Assembly (NCBI GenBank): GCA_039621445.1
Contig: CP154954.1
Location: 10,559,521 to 10,623,520, forward strand
DNA: 64,000 nucleotides
Direction: 5' to 3'
Origin: Euglena gracilis
Lineage: Eukaryota
The translations under genes were made by a program, and so were the position numbers. The notes beneath the pieces are model-generated. The model worked only from the letters and a program-made list of their open reading frames with translations, was not told the origin of the DNA and did not search any database. This document shows, in pieces, positions 23,404-36,174 of the stretch (its first letter is position 1; the number at the start of each line of letters is the position of its first letter).

Positions 23404-26400
23404 GATATCTTATGTTGCACTCGACAACCGTCTACTCACTGGCATCATTTGTGTGTGTGCATGGTTTGCTTCATCGCCAGCAGGAGCGCAGCAGAAGGCT
23501 GTTCAGTCGAGGGATCTCTTGCCCAGGAATTGGGTCGTCCCCTCTGCTTGTGGCAACCGCCAGCAACAGAAAATGGACGGATCGAAGTATTGCCAGAATG
23601 AGAACCCCCTCCCCAATGGTGCATGTCCAAATCAGGATAATCACGGGAGGCCATTCGGCAAACTTCGAACTGGTGATCACGCAGGCCAACAGCGAAGCAG
23701 GCTTCATTTGACCAAATGAGTCTTGAAGAACTTCTTGGCAACCCCATGTTTTTACATTGAACAACGCTTAAACAAGATGTTCAGTCATATGGAAGGAGCC
23801 TTTTTTCTTTTGGTGGGCGGTCCAGATAAACAACAACTGATTTAGCATCTGAACCCGCATTCACCCTCCCGCTCTGCATGGTTTTAAGGGGTTAGGGGTT
23901 GATTTTCATGTTGCCGACCTGTTTGGGGGCACCTGTGACACCACCACGGGGGTGCCAACTTCTTGTCACCCTGGTCTTATCCTCATTTGCGAAACCTTTT
24001 ATTCCGCCACCTAGGAAATTTTCATTCCTAGAGAACCTTTGGTACTGTCCAATTCGTCAGTCAACCCACCGCCTCGCCAGAAACCGTATCCACTCTGACA
24101 AGGCAACGAGTACAGAGATAGGAGGCGGGTTCCTTTGACTACAACAGGTCAGCAAATACGGGATCAGAGGAAAATTTCCTGAGAGGGGTCGGGGTCAGAG
24201 GGGGGAAATACCCGTTTTTCGACCACAGCCGACATAACCACAGCCGACATAAAACCCCGAAAGGGCGATTCTTCTTCGCATGCTTGTGATCAGAAGCATG
24301 GGGGTGAAAGCATTAACAATATTTCCAGCTTGGGGAAATTTTTTCTTCAATCCAAAAAAAAACACAAAAAATCACACAAAAAATCGTTAGGAGAAAGGTG
24401 AGTTGGAGACAGGTCCCCATGAGGACAGTGAGAACAGGCTAAAAAATCTGAGGGTGGAAGACAGTTCCCCGGGGGGAGGTGGAGATTCCAATGGAACTGA
24501 GCAATGCCAACTCTCAGGGCGATGCTTAGCAACCCCCCCCCCCCCCCGGCTGCTGGATGACCACCCCCCCCCATGGGGTCCCCATTGGCTGAAATTCGGT
24601 CCCGGGGTCGTACCAGGTACCAAAAAATTGAAACTAAAAAAAACTTCCAATTATGCTAAAACTTGATATTTTGGCCCAAAATGTGCCCAGCCCTCTTCGG
24701 ACCCATTCTTGCCCATTTTTGGCACATATTTGCACCGCCGAAGCCAAAAAACCCGTCACCACCCGTTGGAATGCTTCAAAACAAATAGTGTTGATTGGGG
24801 GGGGGAGGGTTCAAGGGTGGAAAAAAGCTGCTGATTGGCTGGACACCCCCAGGGGATGGGACCAAATTATTTTAAGCGACGCCCCCCCCCCCTCAGTGCA
24901 GGGCTGTACGGGAATCATGGTGGGGGTCAACCCCCAGGAGGTGGCGGGAGGGGGAGGGGGACGGCGCCAAAATAAAAATTTGACATAAACATTGGCACCT
25001 CTGGAAATACAAGAGGGGGTGTGGGGTCGGCCCCCCCAAACCAAAAAGGTTCCGGGGGTGACTGTCGTTCGGGGGTACTGCACTCCCCGTGATTTCATGT
25101 TTGATCCCATCTGCTCAGAGAGGAATCGGGGGAGGAGGATCCAAGAACCACTTCCCCAACACCCAGAGGTTTTCGGTATTCCGGTCCACCCCGGGGGATC
25201 GGACGCAAGCCGAAAGGAGGGTGTGGCGCGCGGGTGCATTGGGCTCCGGGAGAGGCGGTGGGGGCACGAAGGTGAGGGGCACGGTGGGCTGCACTGGGGG
25301 CACCGGGGGGGGGAGGGGGGGGGGGGGGGGGGGGGTGAGTGCCGGTCGCCGAGCTGGACAGTGGCAGGGCCCGAAGGGAACGAACGGGCGGGCAAATGAG
25401 GCTGACAGGGGGCGAGAGCACAGGCAGCATTGCTGTTAGAGGTGAAAGGGATAAGAGTCTAAGAGGCGTATAAGAGGCGGAAACCCAAAAGGTCGGTCCA
25501 ATCGTAACTCCAACCCCATCTCCACCAATAACCCACGTTCCCCAAATCAGTATCTAAAAGACCACCCCCCAAAAAGAGGAGTCCCAGGGTACACCCGCGT
25601 TATACTTTCTGGACCACCGCGGGACCCCCCCCAGTCATCCTGGGGGCCTCGCTCGCCCTGGGGGGGGGGGGGGGGGCCAAGATGAGGCTTCCAAAGTATG
25701 GCTGCAAACATAATTTAAACAAATTCATTTAAAATCTCAATACGGCACCTTTGTCTTCAGAATTGTTTGGCTAACATTCTCTGCCACTTCAGACTCCGTC
25801 AAAAAAGCACAAAAAAAATGCCGCCACGGGAATACGACAATCGCACGTGCTCTGCTCGGGGTGGGGGACGGGTTGGGCGGGGCGGGGGCGGGGGCGCTGG
25901 CGGCGGCGGGCAGCACGTCGGGCGGCAGCCGCGCCCCCGCGGCGGACCGGCCGGCCCCACTGCGGGGCGGGGCCGGGGGGGCGGCCGCGGCGGCGGGGCG
26001 CGGGGTCAGTGTCGCGCCGGCGCTGCGGGGGCGCGGCCGGGGGGGACCGTTCGGCGCGTCGGGGGCAGAGCGCACCTCGCCGTGGTCCAAAAAGGTCACA
26101 ATGAACGATCGAAATGGCGAAAATTGGTGCAAATTTTTTCAGGAAAATGGGCTTGGCATTGTGTCTAGCAGCGTTTGCGCCAGACGGCCAAAAATCGGTT
26201 GAAAGTTTGTAAGAATTGAAAGGAAAAAAAGTAGCCAAAAAAGGCCAGAACCGGCAAAAAAAAGGCCAGAACCGGCGAAAAAAAAAGGCCAAAAGTGGCC
26301 AAAAATGGCCCCAAACCCAAAACAAGCCAAAAAAAGTTACAAACCCCCAGGGGAGCCCAGGAAAGAGGGGGAAGCCTGCAGAAGGGGGGTAAAAAACCCC

Positions 26401-26479
26401 CCCCCCCCCCCCCCCCGATCCCAACAGAGGAGGGATCTCACCTCCTCCCGTCTCGAAACCAGCAAGGACTTGGACAAAA

Positions 26480-27030
26480 AAAAATTTGTTTGGGAGCTGC
26501 CGAAGGTGACGATGCCATGGAAAACTGGTTGGACAAACCCGGAATTCTATTCAAAAAAAATTACAAAGATTGTCACTACACAAATTTTTTGACATTTTTA
26601 GAGAAATCTCCCAAATTTCCCATAATACTGGAAGCTTAACTTTGTTTGATCAAGAATCCATCATCATTTTTGATGCAGTATTCTCACAACATTTTTCGTT
26701 TAAATTTATTCCCAACAAATCAAAGAAATCAATTTTTTCTGCACAATAAAAAAATTGGGCATCCCATTTTTAAACAACACCAAATTATCATTGGGAATCC
26801 TAAAAGATATTATATATGTGTATTTACTAGCATCTTATCCTATATTTTTTGTCATTCTTTTGGCATATTCTTCAAAGAAATACAAAATGAACTCAAAAAC
26901 AAGATTTTTTTCATTTTAAAAATAGGCTTCTGAATCTGCATGGATCGTTTGATTTCAAGGGATTCCTAACATTTTTATCCACGTGTCCACAAAAACCGTG
27001 CAAAATTGTTTTGGTACCAAAACAATGATC
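26480..27030 (-). pseudogene. Possible Mutator-like transposase relic (AT-rich; paralog about 53960-54510)
   Basis: CFGTKTILHGFCGHVDKNVRN loosely resembles the MULE FP...C.wH..kN motif; remainder is full of stops. Confidence 0.2.
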
Positions 27031-27519
27031 AAGCAAAATAATTGGGTGGGTTATCGTGGGAGGTGGCGAACGTGGGAGGTGGCTCCGCGGCTGGCCGTGG
27101 CCAGATATTAAACGCAAGCAGTGAGTTCTCACAGAGTCTTGAGACTTCCATTGCCATCGATGCGCATGTTTGCGTGATAACTGGCGCATGCAGGATACCA
27201 GCGAACCCAAATGCTGCCCAACAATGGTTGATGCGAATGGGGGGCCGTCGTTTGGCAAGTTCGGCACCTCGTTGGGCAGTACTTTGGGCTCGCTGAGTAT
27301 CCTGTACAGGTCAATATAACAATGTCGGGTGGGAAAGGTTAAAATGTTTGAAGGGGAATCTTAACCCTAATCCTCCCAATGGCCTCATCAATCACCTTGG
27401 GACGTGCGAGGTGGCCACAGCACCACCAATACTGGCCCGTGGTGGTGGCCGTGCCTGGCCCCGGCGCCACTTCCCATGATTCCACCTCCCACGGTACCCC
27501 AGCTGGTTCTATTTTATTG

Positions 27520-27633
27520 AGCTAATTAATTAGATTTGCAAATTAATCCAATTAGTTAACTACTAAATTAATTAAACAATTAAATAACTAATTAATTAAT
27601 TAATTAATTAATTAATTAATTAATTAATTAATT

Positions 27634-27684
<51 letters not shown>

Positions 27685-27740
27685 TACTTAATTAACTAAT
27701 CAATTAATTAAGTAATTAATCCAATAATTAATTAATCTAA
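27520..27740. repeat. (TAAT)n to (CAAT)n microsatellite; paralog about 55000-55205
   Basis: Directly visible. Confidence 0.95.
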
Positions 27741-29539
27741 TCAGCAACCTTGTGGCGCCCGCCCACCCATGCAAGAGGTGCCGCCTGGGGAGGGGCGGGG
27801 GGCGGGGCGGCGGTTGGGGCCGACACCTCACGCACTGTCGGGAAGGCTGGCGGCGGTGGCTGCGGCGGCTCATGCGACGCCCGCCGTTTGCCCGGCAGGG
27901 AGGGGGGACGCTGGGAGGGGGGCGCAGCGGCCCGCACAGCCGGCCGCTGGCCGCCTTTGTTGAATAACATGTTCTCAAGGTTGCGACCGATGGCCAAAAG
28001 CTGTCGAAAAAAAAGGCCACGCATGGCCAAAAATGTCCAAAAAAGGCCAAAAACGGCCAAGAGTGAAATTAGGGGGCCCAAAAAAAAATGCCAAAAGTGC
28101 CACAAACCCCCACCTATGGCCAACCCTTGCCTGGTTGGAGACAAACATTGGCTATTTTTAGCGACCGCCCCCTGGTGCAAGAAAAATATTTGTAGCCATT
28201 GGACAAGGGGGGGTTCCACCTCCCAAGCCAAAGTCACATGAATTGACTTCGGTTTGGCTGTGTGGAGGATGGGCCCTTCCTTAGAAAAAATATTGCACAA
28301 CGTTGAGCCAATTATGGAAATTTCCACCGAAATTTGCCATTTTGTGTATTTTGAAACTGTTTTGCAGGGAGTTTTTTCTTGCCATTCTCAACATTCCCAG
28401 CGATTTCATTGTGGTGGCCATTTTTCTTTGCATAAAAAGCAAAATTCACACAATTAATCCTGATAGAACCAACATTGGATCCAAAAATATCACATCTGAC
28501 TGAGGGGGGGTCGTTGGACAAGCCCAGGGGTTGGGCAGCATACTTTTTTGTTGTTGTTACAAAAAATTTACAAAAAAAACAGAATTGTGAAGCACTGTTG
28601 TGTGGGTGGAGGGAGGGAGAGAGGGAGGGAGGAGGGAGGGAGGGAATGGTCAGAGAAAACAACACAGGATCGTTAAGTGCTAGTGCCAAAGCACCAACGA
28701 GGCACAAGATATAATTACAAATAAAACATCCTTTCAACAATATCCTCGATTGGTGTGCAGGAGGGAACTATATTATGTGCCATACATGCAGGTTTTGTTC
28801 ACATGAGATGCAGAAAATGAATAAAAGGCAGAGCCAGAAGGAACAGATGAAAACAATTCAACGTCAACATCAGAGAAGCAGTTCAGCAGGTGGGAACCAA
28901 AACTGGGCAGGGAGCAAATTGTTGTCACCCCGTCCGCCATGGCAGGGAGGTTGGTTCTCTTCGGGGGGTGAACAACCGGGAGGGGACATGGGACCCCCGG
29001 GCAACGCCGGCGGAGGCGGCCAGGACGCCCCCGCCTCCGGTTCCGCGACGGCGGTCGGCGTGCGAGAGGGGGCTTGGGGCGGCGGGGGTGGGGGCGGGAC
29101 GTCGACGGGGCTGGCCGGCGTGGCGGCCCCGGCCCCGGCTGCCCCGCGCGAGGCGGGCTTCGGGCTGCTGGGGGGGGGGGGGGGGGGGGGGGGGGGGAGG
29201 CGGGGGCTCCCACGGACGGCGTTAGACACGGCCTATCGCCGTGTCTAAGCCGAACACGGTGCAGAATGCGAGACAAAATGGGACACGCAGAAATCATAAA
29301 CCTCGCTTTTCGGAGGTTTCGAGGATTTCGGAGGTTCTCTTTTTGAATGATTATTTTGCGTGCGATCACGGGTGAGCTGGGTTGGATCCACAGGTGGACA
29401 TCAGAACCACGGTAAGGACCCTTTTCCGGACCCTGCTCCCCCCCTGGGTGGGTCAACTCCTCCTCCTGTGCAAAGGAAAATCTGGAACTAAGCTGGAAAA
29501 TATATCGAAATAATTGGTTGTTAGCAACGCACCCCGGAG

Positions 29540-29923
29540 CAGGGTTCGATATAAGGACAGGTGGGGGGGGGTGGTCCGGACCCCCCCCCCTGCGGGCCAG
29601 GAGGGGGGGGGGGGGGGGGGGGCACCCCCCACCTAAACAGGTGCGCGGTCAGGGTGGCCGAATTTCGGCCCGGCGCATTTTGGGCACTTTTTGGGCAAAA
29701 ATGTGCCAAAAATGCAAAAAATTTTCGGCGCGAAGCGCCGGAGGAAAAAATTGACCCTTTTTGGGGGGGGGGTCCCGGGAACCCCCCCGAGGGTCGGTCC
29801 GGACCCCCTGGCACGCGGGGGGGGGCGGACCGGACCCCCCCCCCTGCGGGCCGGGGGGGGGGGGGGGTGGGGGGGGACACCCCCCCACCTAAACCATGTA
29901 CGCCCTCCTTATATCAAACCCTG
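29540..29923. mobile_element. hAT-type MITE with 8-bp TSD, copy 1
   Basis: TIR CAGGGTTCGATATAAGGA / TCCTTATATCAAACCCTG; perfect TSD CCCCGGAG at 29532-29539 and 29924-29931. Confidence 0.92.
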
Positions 29924-30661
29924 CCCCGGAGTATTTTCTGAAAAATTGGCAAAAAAACAGATGAACATGACCTTGCGCCAGGGAAGAAAATTCTTTGTTT
30001 TGGGGGTGTCGAAGAAAAATAAGAGCAGAAATTGCACATGCCCAACGACCATGTCTTTCAACCAAACTGTTCATTGGACAGTAAAACAGCACCGAATCCC
30101 TTCACAAAACACTCCAAAATTAAATTGCCGATTATTTCGGTGCTTGAAAATTTATTACACTTGGCTTGAAAAGTATTGACTTGAAAATAATTCTCCCAAT
30201 CTCTGTGCTTCCGTCAATACAGACAGCATGTCTGGCACACGCGCCAGGTTGCACAGACACTCACCACCACTCCTCCCCCACGCAGAACACACTTGTTCGC
30301 ACACTCACAACTGAATCAGTCACAGCCCCTGGCCAACGCCCGGCCTTGCTCCAGCTGCAGGCGGCTCCACATGGAGTGCGCATCCGGGGGCGCCCCTGCC
30401 GGGCCGGCCACCAGCTGCCGGAACCGGTTGAGGCCATCGCCCCCAGGTTGGTGGGCCCGACAGGGGACAACGCGCGATGCCAACAACCACAGAGAAGCAA
30501 TGAACTTATGGCCACATAAAAACGAAGGCCATTTCATTGGTGTTGAAATTCTTTCATATTTGACCGGGGGGGTCCCGGAGTATCCACTCACTTTTCCCCC
30601 AATATGGCCAGAAAATTGCGAAAATGCTAAAAATAGCACCTTTTCAAAAAATTCGGCACCT

Positions 30662-32719
30662 AGTGTCATGGTGGTAATGCTGCCTGGTATATAGGTAGCT
30701 GGTTGGGGAGGTTGGGGCTCCTACTCCAGAAGACGTTCCAAGTGTACACCATGTTGGGGAGTTTGTACTCGTTCGAACAAATGAATGGAAGCCATTTTGA
30801 GAAACAAGGTGGAAACATTTTATGATTTACGAGCGTTTCCTGGTGCGGAAAACTTTTACGGACGACATATTCCAAGTTTTACGTTTTCGAAGGCACAATT
30901 GACTGATAAGTTGAAGAAATATTGTGTGTCGTCATGGTCGAAATGGGGTTCCAGTTCGGGTGCCCAATTAACACACCGGAGGGTGGTGCCATTCAGGGAG
31001 GGGTGTAGGATAGGGCGGCGGAACATGCATGCCCACGCCACACCGACACACCACCCGAGAGGATGGCGCAATTTTCCCAAGAAAGGGCCAAGGTAAAGTG
31101 ACCCAAAAGTGGAGAAAGACGAAAGAGAATATGCACGCATAAACAGTAAACCACACCGAAAGAGAAAGAACCATCTCAATGATGTGCTCATGGTTGAGTT
31201 TGTACCACAAAAGAACCTTGACAAGACTTGGCTTGAACCAAGAACGAAGAGAGCCACTGACCAACCAACCCAAACCCCCAATCATCACTAAAAGCCCATT
31301 ACTCTGAAAAAGTCTTACCTTTCTTACCATTCATATCTTGGTCTTTTTGTTTTGTGCGGAACACATTGAGTTTTATCGAGCCATGTTTTGTTCCACCGTT
31401 CCATTCTTTCATAAAAAAAACCAGTGACATGTGTTTGCCTATCGACTTAAGTTCTAAAATGAGCAAAGTCATTTTCATGATCACGTTGGTGTGTGGATTT
31501 TGGGACAGCGTCCAAGCTCCCAAAAGGTGGAGATTGAACACCAAACGTATTTTCACGCAGTTTTGCACATCAGAAACGTGAGTGACGTCTGTCACGACGG
31601 TGACATTTTTTCAGGTCCCTCTTGTTGTCTTTCTGCTTTGAACTTCTGGTGGAAGGACCTTATTTGGAAATTCAACTGTATCTTCGTGCTCTGCCTTCTA
31701 AGCTTGTGAAAAGGGTCGCACAAGGACGAAACAAGGAAACGCCTTCAGTTGCCAGGCCTCTGTGGGTCATGCCATTGGGACCATGCTGCATCCCACTGTA
31801 ACAGGGGGGGGGGGGGCTCTGCGGTTATTCCCTTCCCTGAGGCTGCTGGTGCCGCTCGGAAGGGCTTTTCTCTGCCATTTAACTTTTCTCTTGTTGACAA
31901 CCAGGTCTTTGCCTTGTTCAAGGCTTGGCCATCGTGCACCTTTTGAAGTTGAGCATACTTCTTGAACTTAAAACCTTCACCTGCGGACATTAAAATACAC
32001 GGTATTCCCTTCTGGTAATGGCCAGTGATGGAGGGGCAAGCGTTTAAAAAAAATTCAGGGTTGAAAAGAACAACCTTTGGCGTTGCTGATCTTCTCTACC
32101 TCCTTTTGGGACTTCAGGTCATCCGCAGAGAACAACTTCTTCCCCTTCTGTTCCACGGAGTGGGTCAGGGAGGCCTTCTTCCTCTGTTCGATCAACCATC
32201 TGTCCATTTCCAGCAGCAATTGGAAGAACTGCTGACTCAACGCCGCCTTGTCAGCTTGCACTCCTTCGTGTATCATTGCATATATTATCAACAAAAATAC
32301 AATTTCTTTGCTGGCTTGCCCGCAGCAGCTTGTCCACCTTCGGGGTGGAATTCTTACAGTGTTTGTCCTCCGGCTTGTACTTCAAGCCTTGTAACTTGGG
32401 TAACCCTTCGAAAAAAGAACAGATATCCAAACTCAAAGATTCCGTTTGCTGCCGGAGCAGGACCTCCTCCAAGTCCGGTGGAAGGCTCTGGCGGGCATCC
32501 TCACACTCTAGGGGTTCCTCTTCCTCTTCGTTCTTTTCCTCGGGTTTTCGGTTTTTCCTCGTTTCCTCGATCGTCGCCTGCCCTCTGCCATGCGCGTCCA
32601 ACGTCATCGCCGCGTCTCAAAGTTCTGCAGTGTTGGGGGGGGAACGTCGCGGACATTTTTCATTTGCTGCATTTTGATTTGAAAGATTCTTCTAAAAATC
32701 CTTGTCGTGTGGTGCACGC
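30662..32719 (-). pseudogene. Old degenerate DIRS-like element C (copy 2, domains collinear on minus strand)
   Basis: ORFs 32251..32607, 32055..32294, 31299..31595, 30968..31330 (all minus) followed by FSAPGNARK near 30850: gag to RH to MT order on one strand. Confidence 0.55.
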
Positions 32720-35700
32720 AGACACCTCGGGCTCTGCACTTTGTCCTTGTGAGGCCGTGCCTTGTCGCCGGCGGTGTTGTGTGATTGTTCGCTGCGCTGT
32801 GTTAGGTGTCCCTGCTCGGTGCCTTTTTCGCCGGACAAGATGAAGCGAAGGACACGATGGAGCAGAGAGTCTGTGAGAGAGAGGGTGAGTGCATGCACCC
32901 CCCCCGTCCATTACATCTTGTAAAAGGTCAAAATCCAGGGGTACCAAGGGTTGTGAAACGTCCCACAACCCCCAACCAACCCCCAGAGAATCATTTGATT
33001 GGAGAGATAAATTCCATGTAGGAAAAGTGGGGGGACACTCACCTGCACCAGAGACTTCAAAAAAGTCTAAAACCGTGGTTCAAAAATGCCCCCCCAGCAA
33101 ACTGCCAACTTTTAAAAGATGGAATTAAACCCCCTTGGGTCAAACCACCAAATTATCCACGCATCCAAAAACCAGAGCCAACCTAGACCTGAAACAGGAA
33201 GAAAAAAATACTGCTGGATTACAAAAAAAACTGGGAGATGGTTCAGGATTCCGGAACCCAACATCTAATTCCCTGGTTCCTGATCTCAAAACCAGAGGGG
33301 GGCAAACAAAATGGAGGTTCATCAGCGACTGCAGGGAAATAAACCAAAAATTTCCCCTGAAAGCCTTCAAATTAGATCACATTCAAAACATTTTCCCAGT
33401 TTTGGAGAAAGGCCACTGGGCGGCCAAAATCGACCTGAAAGACGCATATTTTCAAAATCCAGTGAACCCAACCCTAAAACCTTTTCTCATGCATCAGGTG
33501 GGGGTGGCAAACCTGGGAATTCCAGGCAGGCTGTTTTGGCCTAAATGTGATGTCACAAATGTTTATTTAAGTGATGAAGACATTCGAAAAAGGGTGGAGG
33601 ATAAAAGGAATCCAGGTTTTCATTTACACGTAAGGACATATTTATGGGTTGCCCAACTCAAAATACATTACAAAAACACTTGAACAGGGTTGTCAGAGAC
33701 CTAATCGACTCGGGGTTCAAAATAAATGTCAAAAAGTCAACCTTGGAGCCCACACAGGTCGTAAACCAATTGGGCTTCCAGTTAAATTTCCAAGATGGAA
33801 AATGACAAATTCCCCCCCAAAAAAGTGAAAACAATAAAAAAAGAGCTTGGGGAAATAGTGCAACAAGATTTCATGTCGAAAAGGCAGTTAGCTGCCATTT
33901 TGGGCCAAATCAGGTGCAACCTCATGGGCGTACCCATTTTAAGGGCTTTCACGGATTCCCTAACAAATTTCTTGGTCAAAAAAGTCTGCAGCCCCATGGA
34001 ACTCAAAGCATTCCATTTCACAGGGAATAAAAGCCCAATTGAGGGAAATAAAAATGCTGGCCACCTTGGGTGTCAGACCTTTCTCCCAAAGCGCAACAAG
34101 GGAGTTGCACTCAGACAGCAGCACCCATGCCTGGGGGGGGGGGGTCATTCATGCTTGAGAAATTGTCCAAGAGTTTTGGAGAGAAAACTCCATTTTACAT
34201 ATTAATGTCAAAGAATTACGTGCAGCCATCAGCACAGTGAAAAGTCTAAGCAGGCCAGGGGAAATGGTGTCCCTTTCTGTGGACAATCAGGTAATTTATT
34301 ATTACCTGACAAAAGATGTTTCAACAGCCATCTAAGGCCATTTTTCAAATGGTGCATGGGAAAAAAATTAAATCTACAAGTGAAATGGGTTCCTTCTCAG
34401 GAATGCTTAGCAGACCACATAAGCACGTGGGAGTCAGACACGGGGGATTACTCACTGGACCCCCATCTCTTTCAATGGCTAAGGCAGCATTTCCAAGATT
34501 TCATAAATTTGGAAACATATTTATTTCCCTCCCCAGGCAACAAAAAAACTTCCCAATTTTGTGACCAGATAGCACCACTGGGAGGCTAGAGCAGTGTATG
34601 TCCTCAAATGTTCCCTGGACAACATGGGAGGACTTTACGATTGAGAATACCACGATTGAGAATGTTTCCCCAGACCAAAGTTTTGATGGTAACCCCCTTT
34701 TGGGATTCAGCCACATGGTGACCCCAATTAAGAAAGATGAAAGTTCCAGGAACCCCCTACCTGAAACTCACGCCCTACATGGGCATGTTCAACAGTTGCA
34801 TGGGGGAGAGAATTTCACCCCGCAGGTAGCCCCTCCTTTGGATGATTTGCTCAGGAAAACATTGGAGGGGAAACAAATACAGAATAAATCCATTGACGAT
34901 TTCCGGAGGAGAAACCCCAGTTTAAACCGTTATCAGAGTTCCTTTTCATTATTATGGGTTATTTGGACAAAATGGGGATACCCTCCCCTGAAGCCACAAC
35001 TGACCAAGTTGCTGACGCCTTAGTACAGTTATTTCAGTTTTCCAAGGCCCAGGCACGTAATGCCTACAGTGCTATGCTTTTAATTCTGGGTTTTGTGGGT
35101 TGAGCTTCCACACCAAGTTGGCCCCTTACAAGAGGCTTTGCAATCAAAACCTGGAAAAATATGGAGTTTTTGGGATCCCTTCCCAATCCTCCTGGGGCTG
35201 GCCCAAGCCCGCTCTCCCTCTGATATATGCACGTTGCGCATACAGCTTATTTTTTTCTCCGGAATTCTCTGTTTATATCCATCTTCTGATTTGGAGAGAA
35301 TCAAACAAACAACCAGTGTGTTGGCGCCCTACATTAGCGCCCTACATTAAAATTAAGCGTAAATGCAAGAAATTGCATAAATGGGAGAGAGGTGTTTCAC
35401 TTCCAAAGTGCCCACAGATAAGTCCCTTTCATTTAATGATGGCTTACATGGCTGCAACCCGATTTAACGTTAAGCCTGGGGGTCTCCTACTGATTTCACT
35501 AAAACCCCCCTTCAAAGCCGTAAGTGCTGACACGATTGGTTCAATAACCAAGACCTTTTTATCCCAACATGGGGTACCCTCCCAGGTGTGTGCGGGCACA
35601 CTCCACCAGAGGGGCTGGAGTTGGTTTGCTCAAAAAATTGGGATTTTCTGCCCAAGAAGTTTGTGAAATTGGCCAGTGGAGGGGGATGGAAGCTTTTACA

Positions 35701-36174
35701 GCCCACTGTCAACGACTTGGTGCCCAAGGTGCCCTGGAAACAGCCCTGGACCCCCTAATTTCAGTGCAGAATCAGGCCTCACAAGGGCAAAGTGCGGAGC
35801 CCGAGGTGTCTGGTACTCCCTCGAGGCAAACCCACAAAGGAGGAAGGGACACCGAGGGCGAAGCACAAAGACCTTATGAGCCCGACCCCCCCCACCCGTA
35901 AAAGAAAATTTGTGTTCAAAAGCCCTCGGTCAGAAAATGGGGGCCAGGGGGGAGAGAAGGGGGGGACCCCCCCAAGGGACAAGAAGTCACGTGGCCAAGT
36001 CGGAGCTGCATCGTCAGCCAACTCCGGCGAGGCGGCACTGAGCAGGGACTCCTGACCCAGCGCAGCGAACAATCACACAACACCGCCGGCGAGCAAGGCA
36101 TGGCCTCACAAGGTCTTTGTGCTTCGCCCTCGGTGTCCCTTCCTCCCTTGTCGGTATGCATCGAGGGAATGCGA
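32720..36174 (+). mobile_element. DIRS1-like element A, copy 2 (gag deleted)
   Basis: Same termini and ICR (about 35776-35880); KWRFISDCREINQ, KIDLKDAYF, AHSTRGAG...IGQWRG; lacks the equivalent of 4144-5214. Confidence 0.92.

Noticed and set aside
27976..28130. GGCCAAAA-repeat segment as a bounded MITE (similar at 26185-26420)
   Set aside because: Probably repeat-derived, but the candidate TIRs are poor and no TSD could be identified.
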